A stretch of 64,000 nt of DNA from an uncultured Erysipelotrichaceae bacterium. Its GTDB lineage: Bacteria > Bacillota_I > Bacilli_A > RFN20 > CAG-826. Position numbers and translations under genes: made by a program. The stretch covers positions 36,900 through 100,899 of the forward strand of contig CADCDA010000005.1 of NCBI GenBank assembly GCA_902800025.1, read 5' to 3'. Positions within the stretch are counted from its first letter, which is position 1. Every line of letters begins with the position of its first letter. The notes beneath the pieces are model-generated. The model was not told the origin of the DNA. It saw only the letters and a list, made by a program, of their open reading frames with translations, and made no database searches. Shown here piece by piece: positions 38,146-48,618 of the stretch.

Positions 38146-39987
38146 ATGGCATTCGGATTACTTTATGATTATTTAATGGGCCAGACCATAGACGCGTACA
38201 ACTACTTCGGCGCTCATTTTGAAAATAGAGATGGCGTTGACGGAGTTGTTTTTAGATTATACGCTCCTATGGCAAGTGATGTTTCAGTCATTGGTGATTT
38301 CAATGATTGGAGTATGTATGCCCACAAAATGAACAAGATCGATGATTGCGGTGTTTATGAATTATTTATTCCTGGACTACAAAATTATCAATCCTACAAG
38401 TATCACTTTAGAAACGCGAAAGGAGTATATGTAGACAAAATTGACCCATATGCGTTCTTTAGTGAAGTTGCACCTGGAACTTGTTCGAGACTTTACGACA
38501 TTAGAAATTTTGCGTGGCATGATGAAAAGTTCTTAAAAGAAAGAACTCGTAACTTTGACAAACCAATGTCAATTTATGAAATGCACGCTGGAAGCTGGCT
38601 TAAGAGCCATCCAGGCAGATTCTCTTCTTATGAAGAGTTAGCCGATGAATTAATTCCTTATATCCAAGGAATGGGATACACTCATGTGGAATTTATGCCA
38701 ATCATGATGCACCCATTTTTAGGAAGCTGGGGCTATCAAGCAACGGGATTTTATTCTTGTGACCCAAGATATGGAAATCCACATCAATTGATGTCTTTAA
38801 TTGATAGACTTCACCAAGCTGGTATTGGAGTGATTATCGACTTTGCGCCTGTTCACTTTGCTAACGACCCATGGGCTTTAGCGGAGTATGATGGAACTTG
38901 CTTATTTGAATATAGCAATAAATACCGTATTTCCCCATGGGGAAGCTATCAATTTGATTTAGGAAAAGATCCAGTTAGAAGCTTCCTTATGAGTGCGATT
39001 AATTTCTACGTGGAAATGTATCACGCGGACGGAATTAGAATCGATGCGGTTAGTAATATTATTTTCTATAACGGCGATAAGAGAAATGGCACGAATGAAG
39101 GGGCGATTGAATTCATCAAACGTTTAAACGGCAAGATGCATATCGCTCATTGCTCTGTCATGATGATTGCTGAAGATAGTAGTGATTATCCAGGAGTTAC
39201 TAAGGACACTGATATCGGACTTGGCTTCGATTATAAGTGGGACTTAGGTTGGATGAATGACACACTTAAATATTACGCACTAGACCCAGTTTATAAGAAA
39301 TATGACCATAATAAACTTACTTTCTCTATGGCGTATTTCTATAGTGATAATTTCTTATTACCATTCTCACACGATGAAGTCGTGCATGGAAAGGGCACCT
39401 TACTTAACAAGATGTGGGGAGACTATTATCAAAAGTTTGCCTTATTAAGAAACTTAGTCACATATCAATTTGGTCACCCAGGAAAGAAACTCAACTTTAT
39501 GGGTAATGAATTCGGTTCATTCGATGAATGGAACGAAAGTAAGTCTTTGCCATGGGAATTAAAACAATTCCCTGCACATGATTCGATTGCTCGTTTATAT
39601 CATGATTTAAACCTCATCTATCGCGCTCATCCAGCGATGTATTTTGAAGAGCATAATCCTGCCACCTTCAAATGGTTAATTGTTGATAATAGCACTGATA
39701 GTGTCTTTGCTTTCACAAGAAGAACAAAAGATGAAACATTAATATTTGTCTACAATATGACTCCTAACTTCTATGGATCATTTGGTATCCCAGTAGAAAA
39801 AGAAGGAGAATATGTTGAAATCTTTAATAGTGATAAAGACATTTATGGTGGCGCAAATCAATATAACGGCGCTCCTATTGGAAGCTTTGGTGGTTTCATG
39901 ACCATTAAGCTTGCCTCCTTTGGAGCAATGATTTTTAAACTCGATAAGGAATATATTCCACCAAAAGAGAAAAAATCAAAAAAATAG
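38146..39987 (+). CDS. glgB: 1,4-alpha-glucan branching enzyme
   Basis: FGAH, IYEMHAGSW, SWGYQ, RIDAV, AEDS, KWDLGWMND, SHDEVVHGK. Confidence 0.96.
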   Translation: MAFGLLYDYLMGQTIDAYNYFGAHFENRDGVDGVVFRLYAPMASDVSVIGDFNDWSMYAHKMNKIDDCGVYELFIPGLQNYQSYKYHFRNAKGVYVDKIDPYAFFSEVAPGTCSRLYDIRNFAWHDEKFLKERTRNFDKPMSIYEMHAGSWLKSHPGRFSSYEELADELIPYIQGMGYTHVEFMPIMMHPFLGSWGYQATGFYSCDPRYGNPHQLMSLIDRLHQAGIGVIIDFAPVHFANDPWALAEYDGTCLFEYSNKYRISPWGSYQFDLGKDPVRSFLMSAINFYVEMYHADGIRIDAVSNIIFYNGDKRNGTNEGAIEFIKRLNGKMHIAHCSVMMIAEDSSDYPGVTKDTDIGLGFDYKWDLGWMNDTLKYYALDPVYKKYDHNKLTFSMAYFYSDNFLLPFSHDEVVHGKGTLLNKMWGDYYQKFALLRNLVTYQFGHPGKKLNFMGNEFGSFDEWNESKSLPWELKQFPAHDSIARLYHDLNLIYRAHPAMYFEEHNPATFKWLIVDNSTDSVFAFTRRTKDETLIFVYNMTPNFYGSFGIPVEKEGEYVEIFNSDKDIYGGANQYNGAPIGSFGGFMTIKLASFGAMIFKLDKEYIPPKEKKSKK

Positions 39988-40011
39988 TTTATTAGAAAAG
40001 GACGTGAACAT

Positions 40012-42414
40012 ATGTTTGCATCGAAAAAAGATTTTAAAAATGAATTCCAATCACGTTTGCTCCAAAGATATGGTGTAGCCGTTAAGGACAGCTGTCCTAA
40101 CGAACAATACACAATCTTAGGAGAAATGATTCGTGATTACGCGAATGTTGACTGGAGTAAAACCCACTTAGAATCAATTCAAGGAAAGAGAAGTTTAATC
40201 TACTTTTCCATGGAGTTCTTAATTGGCCGTTTGCTTAATAACAACATTCAAAACCTCGGCTTATATAACATTATCAAAGAAGGATTAGATGAACTCGGTA
40301 TCGATATCAACACCTTAGAAGGTGAAGAGAGCGATGCTGGTCTAGGTAATGGTGGTTTAGGACGTCTAGCAGCCTGTTTCTTAGATTCAATTGCTTCTTT
40401 AGGTTATATTGGTCACGGTAACTGTATCAGATACGCATATGGCTTCTTTAGACAAAAGATTGCCGAAGGCAAACAAAGAGAATTACCAGATCAATGGTTA
40501 ACTAACGGAAACGTTTGGGAAGTCAGAAGAGCAAAATACGCGGTTGAAGTTAAGTTCTACGGACACCCAGAGAGCTATCAAAAGAAAGATGGAACTTTTG
40601 GTATTAAAACCGCTGACGCTTTAATCGTTAGAGCGGTTCCTTATGATATGCCAGTTATCGGTTATCAAAACCATGTTACAAATACTTTAAGGCTTTGGAA
40701 CGCTGAACCAAGTAGTAAGCCACTTCCAAAATCCACTTCATTTACCGATTATTGCATCGCTCTAGAAGAGCTTTGCCATGGCTTATATCCAGATGATTCT
40801 ACTGAAGCAGGACGTATTTTAAGATTACGTCAACAATACTTCTTAGTGTCTGCTGGTTTACAAAGTGCCCTTAATTCATATTATCGTCACCATAATACCC
40901 TTATTGGTATTCATGAAGACTATGTCTTCCAACTCAATGATACTCACCCAATTCTCGCTATTCCTGAAATGATGAGAATCATGCTTGATGAGTATGATAT
41001 GGAATGGGATGACGCATGGAATGAAGTTACTAAGTGTATGGCTTACACTAACCACACCGTCATGGTGGAAGCATTAGAAAAATGGCCAATTAACTATGTT
41101 CAACATTTAATTCCACGTTGCTACATGATTATTGAAGAAATCAATCGTCGTTTTAATAACGAAATGATGGAAAAAGGCGTTAGCGAATGGGAAAGACATG
41201 CGATGAACATTATCAAAGATGGTCAAATCCATATGACTAATTTAGCCATCTATACTGCTTTCTCAGTTAATGGTGTTGCAGCTTTACACACTGAAATCTT
41301 AAAGACTATTACCTTTAAAGAATTCTATAAGTACATGCCAGAGAAATTTAATAACAAGACCAATGGTGTCACTCATCGTAGATGGTTATTAAATTCTAAT
41401 CCAAAACTCGCCAAACTTATCACAAGTAAGATCGGTGAAAAATGGATTACTGATATGAGCAAGATTAAGGCTTTTGAAAAGTTCCAAAACGATGAAAAAG
41501 TCTTAAAAGAACTCCAAGAAATCAAACTCGAAAATAAAAAGAAACTCGCCGCTTATATCAAAGAACATAACGGCATTGAAGTTGATGTCAATTCTATCTT
41601 TGATGTCCAAATTAAGCGTTTACACGCTTATAAGAGACAATTAATGAATGTCTTCCACATCATTTATCTCTATCAAAGAATGAAGAGCGATCCAGAATTT
41701 AGAATCTATCCACATACCTATATCTTTGGTGCGAAAGCCGCTCCAAGTTATGTGTATGCAAAAAAGATTATCGAATTAATTTTAGCGGTTGCTGATGTTG
41801 TCAATAATGACCCAGATGTTTCACCATTCTTAAAAGTGGTCTTTATTGAAAACTATGGCGTTTCTTTAGCGGAATTAATCATTCCAGCCGCTGATATTAG
41901 CGAACAAATTTCTACCGCCGGTAAAGAAGCTAGTGGTACCTCTAACATGAAATTCATGATGAATGGTGCGATTACTTTAGGCACGATGGATGGAGCGAAT
42001 GTTGAAATCGTTAATAATGCTGGTGAAGATAATGAAATTATCTTTGGCTTAAGAGATAACGAAGTCGAAGAAATGGTGCGTAATGGAACTTATTCTCCAT
42101 GGGATATGTATAATAACGATTACCGCATTAAAGCGATTATGGACTCCTTATTTGATGGAGAATGGACCAATTATCGAAGAGATAAATTCAGAATGATTTT
42201 TGATGAAATCTTTAACAATAATGATCAATACTTCATCCTTAAGGATTTACCAAGTTATATTGAAGCACAAGAAAAAGCCGCTTTGCTTTACCAAGATCAA
42301 AACAAGTGGGCAAAGATGTGCTTAATCAATATCGCTAATAGTGGTTACTTCTCAAGTGATAGAACAATTGAAGAATATGTAAGAGATATTTGGAAATTGG
42401 AGAAGATTGCTTAA
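40012..42414 (+). CDS. glgP: Glycogen/maltodextrin phosphorylase
   Basis: GLGNGGLGRLAAC, QLNDTHP, KRLHAYKRQ, PLP motif EASGTSNMKFMMNG. Confidence 0.97.
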   Translation: MFASKKDFKNEFQSRLLQRYGVAVKDSCPNEQYTILGEMIRDYANVDWSKTHLESIQGKRSLIYFSMEFLIGRLLNNNIQNLGLYNIIKEGLDELGIDINTLEGEESDAGLGNGGLGRLAACFLDSIASLGYIGHGNCIRYAYGFFRQKIAEGKQRELPDQWLTNGNVWEVRRAKYAVEVKFYGHPESYQKKDGTFGIKTADALIVRAVPYDMPVIGYQNHVTNTLRLWNAEPSSKPLPKSTSFTDYCIALEELCHGLYPDDSTEAGRILRLRQQYFLVSAGLQSALNSYYRHHNTLIGIHEDYVFQLNDTHPILAIPEMMRIMLDEYDMEWDDAWNEVTKCMAYTNHTVMVEALEKWPINYVQHLIPRCYMIIEEINRRFNNEMMEKGVSEWERHAMNIIKDGQIHMTNLAIYTAFSVNGVAALHTEILKTITFKEFYKYMPEKFNNKTNGVTHRRWLLNSNPKLAKLITSKIGEKWITDMSKIKAFEKFQNDEKVLKELQEIKLENKKKLAAYIKEHNGIEVDVNSIFDVQIKRLHAYKRQLMNVFHIIYLYQRMKSDPEFRIYPHTYIFGAKAAPSYVYAKKIIELILAVADVVNNDPDVSPFLKVVFIENYGVSLAELIIPAADISEQISTAGKEASGTSNMKFMMNGAITLGTMDGANVEIVNNAGEDNEIIFGLRDNEVEEMVRNGTYSPWDMYNNDYRIKAIMDSLFDGEWTNYRRDKFRMIFDEIFNNNDQYFILKDLPSYIEAQEKAALLYQDQNKWAKMCLINIANSGYFSSDRTIEEYVRDIWKLEKIA

Positions 42415-42905
42415 TGATTTGCGATTTGACAGATTTATATAATAAGCAACGAGAATTAGACGCGGAAATCGCGTCTAATCATCGTATTAGCTACCAAACA
42501 ACAAGAAATAAGAGAACACTTGCTTTACTTGTTGAACTTGGAGAATTCGCAAATGCGACCCGTACTTTTAAGTACTGGTCAAATAAACCAAGTGAATCAA
42601 AAGAGAGAGTTCTTGACGAATTTGCGGATGGTTTGCATTTCCTTCTTTCCTTAGGAATTGATCAAGGATTTAATGTCGATAGTATCGAAGTAAATGACGA
42701 CGATAATACCCTAACTGACAATTTACTTCGAACTTATGAATTAACCTCTATTTTCTATTCAAACCAGACTTTGGAAAACTACTTAAGCATGTTCATTTCT
42801 TATCTTAGAGCCCTCTATAAACTCGGTTATTCTTGGGAGGAAGCGAAGGCTGCTTACTATTCAAAGTTACAAGAAAATTATAATCGTCAAAATAACAATT
42901 ATTAA
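42414..42905 (+). CDS. dut: Dimeric (all-alpha) dUTP diphosphatase
   Basis: TAATG overlap with glgP; ALLVELGEFAN..FKYWS, EFADGLHFLLS, NYNRQ. Confidence 0.88.
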   Translation: MICDLTDLYNKQRELDAEIASNHRISYQTTRNKRTLALLVELGEFANATRTFKYWSNKPSESKERVLDEFADGLHFLLSLGIDQGFNVDSIEVNDDDNTLTDNLLRTYELTSIFYSNQTLENYLSMFISYLRALYKLGYSWEEAKAAYYSKLQENYNRQNNNY

Positions 42906-42991
42906 TTATATTAATAATTAGACTAAAAAAATAAAAATAAATGGGAGTTTTGTTCTTGTAGAACACCCCATTTTTTTGTCATAATAGTAAT

Positions 42992-43477
42992 ATGGAGTAT
43001 AAAGTAGGAGAACGTGTAGTTCACTCAAGAGAAGGATTATCTACTATTAAAGATATGACTTCCATCTCGGGAAACGAATATTTTGTCGTGGTTAGCGATA
43101 AAGGTGACCGCGAGAATATTTACGTACTCAAAAATCGAACCGAAAATATTATTCGTCCGATTATGAGTTTAGAAGAGGCGAATGAACTAATTAACTATAT
43201 GAAGTCTGTTGAAGCAGAATTCATCAGTAACACCAAACAAAGAAGAGACCAATATCGTAAAAGATTACTCTCTGGAATGGTGAAAGATCTCGCTTACTTA
43301 ACTAAACAGCTCTATTTCTTTAATTACTACAATTCAATCGGACAAGTTGTCAAACTTGGACCAACCGATTTACAGATGTTAAAAGACGCTGAAAGAGTGC
43401 TATATGATGAATTAGCAATCTCGTTTGGAATCGATAGAGACTCAGTAAGTCAAAAAGTTGAAAGCCTAATTAAGTAA
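42992..43477 (+). CDS. CarD-family RNA polymerase-binding regulator
   Basis: YKVGERVVH..G...I, IRPIMS..EA, AERVLYDELA. Confidence 0.8.
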   Translation: MEYKVGERVVHSREGLSTIKDMTSISGNEYFVVVSDKGDRENIYVLKNRTENIIRPIMSLEEANELINYMKSVEAEFISNTKQRRDQYRKRLLSGMVKDLAYLTKQLYFFNYYNSIGQVVKLGPTDLQMLKDAERVLYDELAISFGIDRDSVSQKVESLIK

Positions 43478-44119
43478 ATCTAATAACTCACTTATCGAAT
43501 CAATGATAGGTGAGTTTTTTGTTAGCTCTAAAAGATACTCTTTTGAACGATACCCATAACTAACAAGGACGCAGTCGAGGTTTGAGTTAGTGGCAGTTTC
43601 ATAATCGACATTGGTGTCACCAATATATAGTGCTTCTTTATTAGTAACACTTAATTCAGATAATACTTTATTCACTAAATCGTTTGCGGGTTTATATCTT
43701 AAAGTTGGAATCGAACCCTGAATTGCATCAAAAATATTTGGAAGATAAAAGTTAACCAATTTTTTTGCGCCTTCATCAAACTTATTTGAAACAACCGCGA
43801 GTTTATAGCCTCTCGTTTTAAGAGTGAGAAGCGTCTCTTTAACTCCTTCATAAGGGAAGGAATTTTCAAAGTAGTGGGCTTTGTAATACTCTTTAAAAAT
43901 TGAGAGACATTCAGGATAATCTTTATTATTTATTCCATTAGGAATACTTCTTTCAATTAGCTTAGCTACTCCGTTACCAATATCATCGGTTGTGTTTTTG
44001 ACGGTACGTAAAGGATACCCGAGTTTTTCTAGGGCATAATTAGTAGCGACATTTAAGTCTTTGACTGTGTTTATCAATGTGCCGTCTAAATCAAAAATGA
44101 GGAGTTTCTTTTTATTCAC
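43466..44119 (-). CDS. HAD-family phosphatase (phosphoglycolate phosphatase-like)
   Basis: FDLDGTL, VVSNK, KP, YIGDTNVD. Confidence 0.9.
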   Translation of the reverse strand: MNKKKLLIFDLDGTLINTVKDLNVATNYALEKLGYPLRTVKNTTDDIGNGVAKLIERSIPNGINNKDYPECLSIFKEYYKAHYFENSFPYEGVKETLLTLKTRGYKLAVVSNKFDEGAKKLVNFYLPNIFDAIQGSIPTLRYKPANDLVNKVLSELSVTNKEALYIGDTNVDYETATNSNLDCVLVSYGYRSKEYLLELTKNSPIIDSISELLDLLN

Positions 44120-44205
44120 AAATCTATTTTACTGATTTTAGTAGTGAAATGTCTAATCATATATGATTGCCATTTCTATTTTTCGCCTATATAATTGATA
44201 TTCAA

Positions 44206-46293
44206 ATGGGTAAATATAGATTTACATTCACTAATATTCTATTTTGGGTTGCTATTATTGCTTCCATTTTAGTTTTTGAAAATATCACCTTCTTTGAAAA
44301 GGGAACAGCAGAAACATTTATGCTTCCAGGAATGCAAGACCCATATTTCTTTATGTTCTTTGGAATTGCTGCTTTCTGTTTTGTGGCGCTGATTTTATAT
44401 GAGACATTTTTTAATAGAGCGAAAGTTAATAAACTCGCTTTAGTGGTTTGCCTTACTGTTTTAGTGTGTGGGATTATTGGCATTTATTCATTTAATGGTA
44501 TGACTTTCTCTAATGGGGCCGCTCCAATAGTGGTTACTGAATGGGACAAAATCAAACATGTTTTATCATTTGTTTTATTTGTATTAACTGTCTATTCTAC
44601 AGTCTTTTATTTTAATAAAAACCATCCATCTATTAAGAGACTAAGATTCCTCTTCTTAATCCTTGTTTTAGTGACTTATTTCTTTGTTATTTATTCAATT
44701 GCCACTGAATACTGGAAATATGAAATGATTGCTAATACGAAGTTAGATGAAGAAATTCCTCATGTTAGCGTTCAATCTTTATTCCAAAACTCCAATATGT
44801 TTGCGGGATTCATTTTAATGGGTATCTGCGCAGCAATGGGTCTTAACTATTTCAAAAAGAATCCGCTTTCTTATATTTCAATTATCGGTTTTTCAATCGT
44901 TCAAGTATTCGCTTGTTCTTTAACAAGCATCATCATAACTATAACTGGCACTTTATTATATTTCTTAGCGGAGATTATCGCTGACTTTAAGAAATACAAA
45001 ACAGGACCAGTTCCTTTCGTTAAATTAACGATTGTCTTAATAGCTTATGTCGCTATTATTTTGATGTTCTGTTTAGCTCAAACTTATGACGTAGGAGCGG
45101 TTACTGCTTTCTGCCGATATTTATATCGTGAGTTATCCACAAGTGATTTCAATAGCTTCACTAATAGAAGAGAAATCTGGGAAGCAGCGATTGGAGCAAG
45201 CAATCAAAACATTACTACATTACTATTTGGCTATGGATTTAGAAATTCCGAATACATTGTCGGTGGTCTTATGAATGTTGATGATCATCGTATCAGTTGC
45301 CATAACGGTTATTTGCAACTCCTTCTTAACTTTGGAGTTATCGGTTTAGTGGCTTTTGGCGTTTTTGTATTTGTGTATTTATTCTCGCTTATCCGTCTAT
45401 TTAGAAGACATTTAAGATTCTCACTTATTTTCTTAATTATTGGTTTTTCATATTTTGCTTTAGCAACCATGGAATCAATTATCGCCTTCAATGCGAGTGC
45501 GACTGGTATTATTATTGGTGCTTCATTCTATTTACCTGTCATTAATCGATATCGTCACTTTAGACACAAAGAAGTTGGTGATTACGCGATTGATTATCAT
45601 TCATCACCAAAACTATTAGAACCAAAATTAGTAGCGAGAATGTCAACTCGATTAATTTTGTCGCTTATGGCGATTGTGGGAGTGTTCTTCATCTTTGATG
45701 ACTTCCGCTCTAATACACATATTTACTATTCGTTAGTGAATGCTTCTGTGGTTTTAGGATTATTATTCTTCTCTTGGCCATATTTGAATGCTTTATGGGC
45801 GAAGACAGGTCATTTATATAAGTATCTTTTCCATGCGTTACTATTTGTTATACCTCTTGCTTTATTAGCGTCAGGCTCTTCAGTGATGATCTTCACTCAA
45901 GGGGATAACGCTAATCAGGGATATATTTGGATTTGTCCAGCAGCGTTTATTCTTTATTTGCTACTCGAGATAAGTGTTTATTCCATCATTATGCATGGAA
46001 GCTTTAAATTATATTTAAATACCTTTGTTGGTATTAAAACATCCTTAGGCTCATTAATTGGAGCGGGTGGATATATCGCTTTAGCGTACTATGTAAGAGG
46101 GTATTTAATTCCTGATTCAATGATTACATATTTGCTATTAGCTATCGGAGCGGGATTATTCTATTATTCATTCTCCTTCCTCACTCCATTTAAAGACTTA
46201 TTTGAAATCGTTAGATTCCAAGGGGAATTTGATGCAAACTTAATGAAGATCGATATCATTAGAGATCGTTTGGAGGAACCATATGAAATCTAG
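44206..46293 (+). CDS. O-antigen ligase/polymerase-like multi-TM protein
   Basis: FQNSN, R.EIW, LFGYG, CHNGYLQLL..FG..GL motifs, with extra C-terminal TMs. A promoter TTGCCA-17-TATAAT (44167-44195) favours ATG 44206 as the start. Confidence 0.8.
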   Translation: MGKYRFTFTNILFWVAIIASILVFENITFFEKGTAETFMLPGMQDPYFFMFFGIAAFCFVALILYETFFNRAKVNKLALVVCLTVLVCGIIGIYSFNGMTFSNGAAPIVVTEWDKIKHVLSFVLFVLTVYSTVFYFNKNHPSIKRLRFLFLILVLVTYFFVIYSIATEYWKYEMIANTKLDEEIPHVSVQSLFQNSNMFAGFILMGICAAMGLNYFKKNPLSYISIIGFSIVQVFACSLTSIIITITGTLLYFLAEIIADFKKYKTGPVPFVKLTIVLIAYVAIILMFCLAQTYDVGAVTAFCRYLYRELSTSDFNSFTNRREIWEAAIGASNQNITTLLFGYGFRNSEYIVGGLMNVDDHRISCHNGYLQLLLNFGVIGLVAFGVFVFVYLFSLIRLFRRHLRFSLIFLIIGFSYFALATMESIIAFNASATGIIIGASFYLPVINRYRHFRHKEVGDYAIDYHSSPKLLEPKLVARMSTRLILSLMAIVGVFFIFDDFRSNTHIYYSLVNASVVLGLLFFSWPYLNALWAKTGHLYKYLFHALLFVIPLALLASGSSVMIFTQGDNANQGYIWICPAAFILYLLLEISVYSIIMHGSFKLYLNTFVGIKTSLGSLIGAGGYIALAYYVRGYLIPDSMITYLLLAIGAGLFYYSFSFLTPFKDLFEIVRFQGEFDANLMKIDIIRDRLEEPYEI

Positions 46294-46738
46294 TGGAATT
46301 AAAATTATCGCCCAAAACAAGAAAGCTTCTTTTAACTATTTTTTAAGTGACTTTACAGAATGCGGTATTGAATTAAAAGGAACAGAAATTAAATCTCTTC
46401 GTAACCATGGAGCGACAATTGGTGATTCTTATATTGTGATTCGTAATGGGAACGCTGAAATAATTAATATGTATATTAAACCTTATGAACAAGGGAATCT
46501 TTTTAATCACGATCCTTTAAGAAATAGACAGCTCTTATTGCATAAGAAAGAAATTAAATGGTTTGAGATGAAAATTAAGCAAGGTGGTTTTACAGTTGTG
46601 CCCACTAAGATTTATCTTAAAAACGGAAGAGCAAAAGTGGAAATTGCTTTAGCGAAAGGCAAAAAACTATACGATAAACGTGAAACGATTAAGCAAAGAG
46701 ATTTATCGAGAAGTATGAATAGAGGAGATGACGAATAA
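46283..46738 (+). CDS. smpB: SsrA-binding protein
   Basis: NKKA, GIELKGTEIKSLR, LLLHKKEI, GKKLYDKRETIK. Confidence 0.97.
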   Translation: MKSSGIKIIAQNKKASFNYFLSDFTECGIELKGTEIKSLRNHGATIGDSYIVIRNGNAEIINMYIKPYEQGNLFNHDPLRNRQLLLHKKEIKWFEMKIKQGGFTVVPTKIYLKNGRAKVEIALAKGKKLYDKRETIKQRDLSRSMNRGDDE

Positions 46739-47964
46739 TGTCTATAAATGAACTCATCTATTCTTTTGACTATAACGATGAAAGTAGAGATAATCTCGAT
46801 TCTTTTCTTCGTAAAATTAATTTTAAATATGACGTTCCTTCTATTCATATAGCGGGCACAAACGGGAAAAGTACAGTTGCGTATCAATTAAAGAATGTTT
46901 ATCAAGCCGCTAAATATAAAGTTGGTCTATTTATTTCTTCTCATTATCAAAGAAACATCGAAGAAATGATTTATATCAATGATGAGCATATTTCTAGTAA
47001 AGAAATAGAATCAATTTTTAACGACCATCAAAAACTCTTTAAAAAGTTTGATTTATCTCCTTTTGATATTATCGTTTTTATCGCTTTATCATATTTTCAA
47101 AATAGTGGTGTTGATATTGCGCTTATTGAAACAGGTATTGGAGGAGAATATGACTCCACGAATATCTTTACGCCTATTTTATCAATGATCACAAATATCT
47201 CTTTGGAACACACAAATGAATTAGGAGTTTCGTTATCTGAAATCGCTAGACATAAAGCTGGTATTATTTATAATAATGTTCCAACTTTAATTGGCAAGAT
47301 TGAAGGTGACGCATTAGACGTTATTGTTAATGTCGCAAAAAGAAAAGAATCAAAGATTATTATGACTAGCGAAATCCATAACGAAGGCCTTAGTGAAAGT
47401 GGAATTTCTTTTGAATATAAAACACATCGCGATTTATTTATTCCTAATTTAGGACATTTAAACGTCATTAATGCCTCTTTAGCGATTGATGCGATAGATT
47501 TACTAGTAAATCAATTTCCAGTTAGTGAAGAAGCCTTAAAAGAGGGTTTAAATCACAAATTACCTAAAGGTAAGTTTGAAGTGATAAATAAAGAAGGAAT
47601 AACTTATGTTATTGATACCGCTCATAATGTGGAAGCAATCCATACATTAAGAGATAGTGTTGATCGATTTCAATTAGAAAAAGAGACTTATATTGTATTT
47701 GCCACTAATAAAGATAAAAACATCACACTCATGCTTCCTGAGATTGGTTTATTAGGAAAGATTTATATTTCAACTTATGAAAACAAAAGAGCAAGAGAAG
47801 AAAGTGATTATTTCTTGTTCTTAGATGAATATGAGTTTAATGATAATTACCGTTCATTAATCAAAAAGATTAAAGAAGAGCATCCAGAATGCATGATTGT
47901 GGTTACTGGTTCATCAGTATTCGCGTCTCTTGTATCAGATGATATCAATAACGATATCGTTTAA
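46738..47964 (+). CDS. folC: Folylpolyglutamate synthase-like ligase
   Basis: IHIAGTNGKST, ETGIGGEYDSTN, IARHKAGI, IDTAHN, VTGS. Confidence 0.88.
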   Translation: MSINELIYSFDYNDESRDNLDSFLRKINFKYDVPSIHIAGTNGKSTVAYQLKNVYQAAKYKVGLFISSHYQRNIEEMIYINDEHISSKEIESIFNDHQKLFKKFDLSPFDIIVFIALSYFQNSGVDIALIETGIGGEYDSTNIFTPILSMITNISLEHTNELGVSLSEIARHKAGIIYNNVPTLIGKIEGDALDVIVNVAKRKESKIIMTSEIHNEGLSESGISFEYKTHRDLFIPNLGHLNVINASLAIDAIDLLVNQFPVSEEALKEGLNHKLPKGKFEVINKEGITYVIDTAHNVEAIHTLRDSVDRFQLEKETYIVFATNKDKNITLMLPEIGLLGKIYISTYENKRAREESDYFLFLDEYEFNDNYRSLIKKIKEEHPECMIVVTGSSVFASLVSDDINNDIV

Positions 47965-48029
47965 ACTACAAAATCATTGGATACAGAATGGGTAATTTTA
48001 AAAGAGTATAATATAAAAAAGGCAAAAAA

Positions 48030-48524
48030 ATGAAAAAGAATAAGGTTCTAGTCGCGTTATTATTATCACTTGGATTATTAGTGATGCCTGTCACTAGTAA
48101 TTTTGCTTATGAAACAAATAATAATTATGTTGTTGCTATGGCAACCCCAGAAGCTAAAGAACAATTCTTAATTAAATTTGAATTAATTAGAACTCTCCAA
48201 AGAAATGAAGGACGTTCTGTTTGTGATACAACTAAAGAAGAATACGAGGAACTTGTCGCGTATTATTATGATTTAAGCAAAGAAGAGAAAGCCGAAGTGA
48301 ATGCGATGCAAGATCCAACTAATCTTCCTGGAGAGGATTACACAATTGGGGATGTAATGAAAGAAATTGTTAGACTTTTCTATACACCTCAAACTCCAAA
48401 TAGTAGCAACAAGAAAAGATTAGATCAAAAAACAACGATTATTATCTCTGTTGTAGTGTCTATTATTGGAATGTCAGCGATATCTGTTCTCTTCATTTTA
48501 AAGAACAATAAATTTATTGAGTAG
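48030..48524 (+). CDS. Small exported protein: helical domain + C-terminal TM tail
   Basis: Signal peptide; SVCDTTKEEYEELVAYY...TIGDVM resembles the C-terminal domain of 29624-31144; TM followed by KNNK. Confidence 0.8.
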   Translation: MKKNKVLVALLLSLGLLVMPVTSNFAYETNNNYVVAMATPEAKEQFLIKFELIRTLQRNEGRSVCDTTKEEYEELVAYYYDLSKEEKAEVNAMQDPTNLPGEDYTIGDVMKEIVRLFYTPQTPNSSNKKRLDQKTTIIISVVVSIIGMSAISVLFILKNNKFIE

Positions 48525-48618
48525 TTAACCTATTTATTTGAATATTATATGTTGATTCCCTATTTGATTTACTAATATGGTTATTGACGTTTCCCTAGAT
48601 GTGACTTACTTTAAGAAT

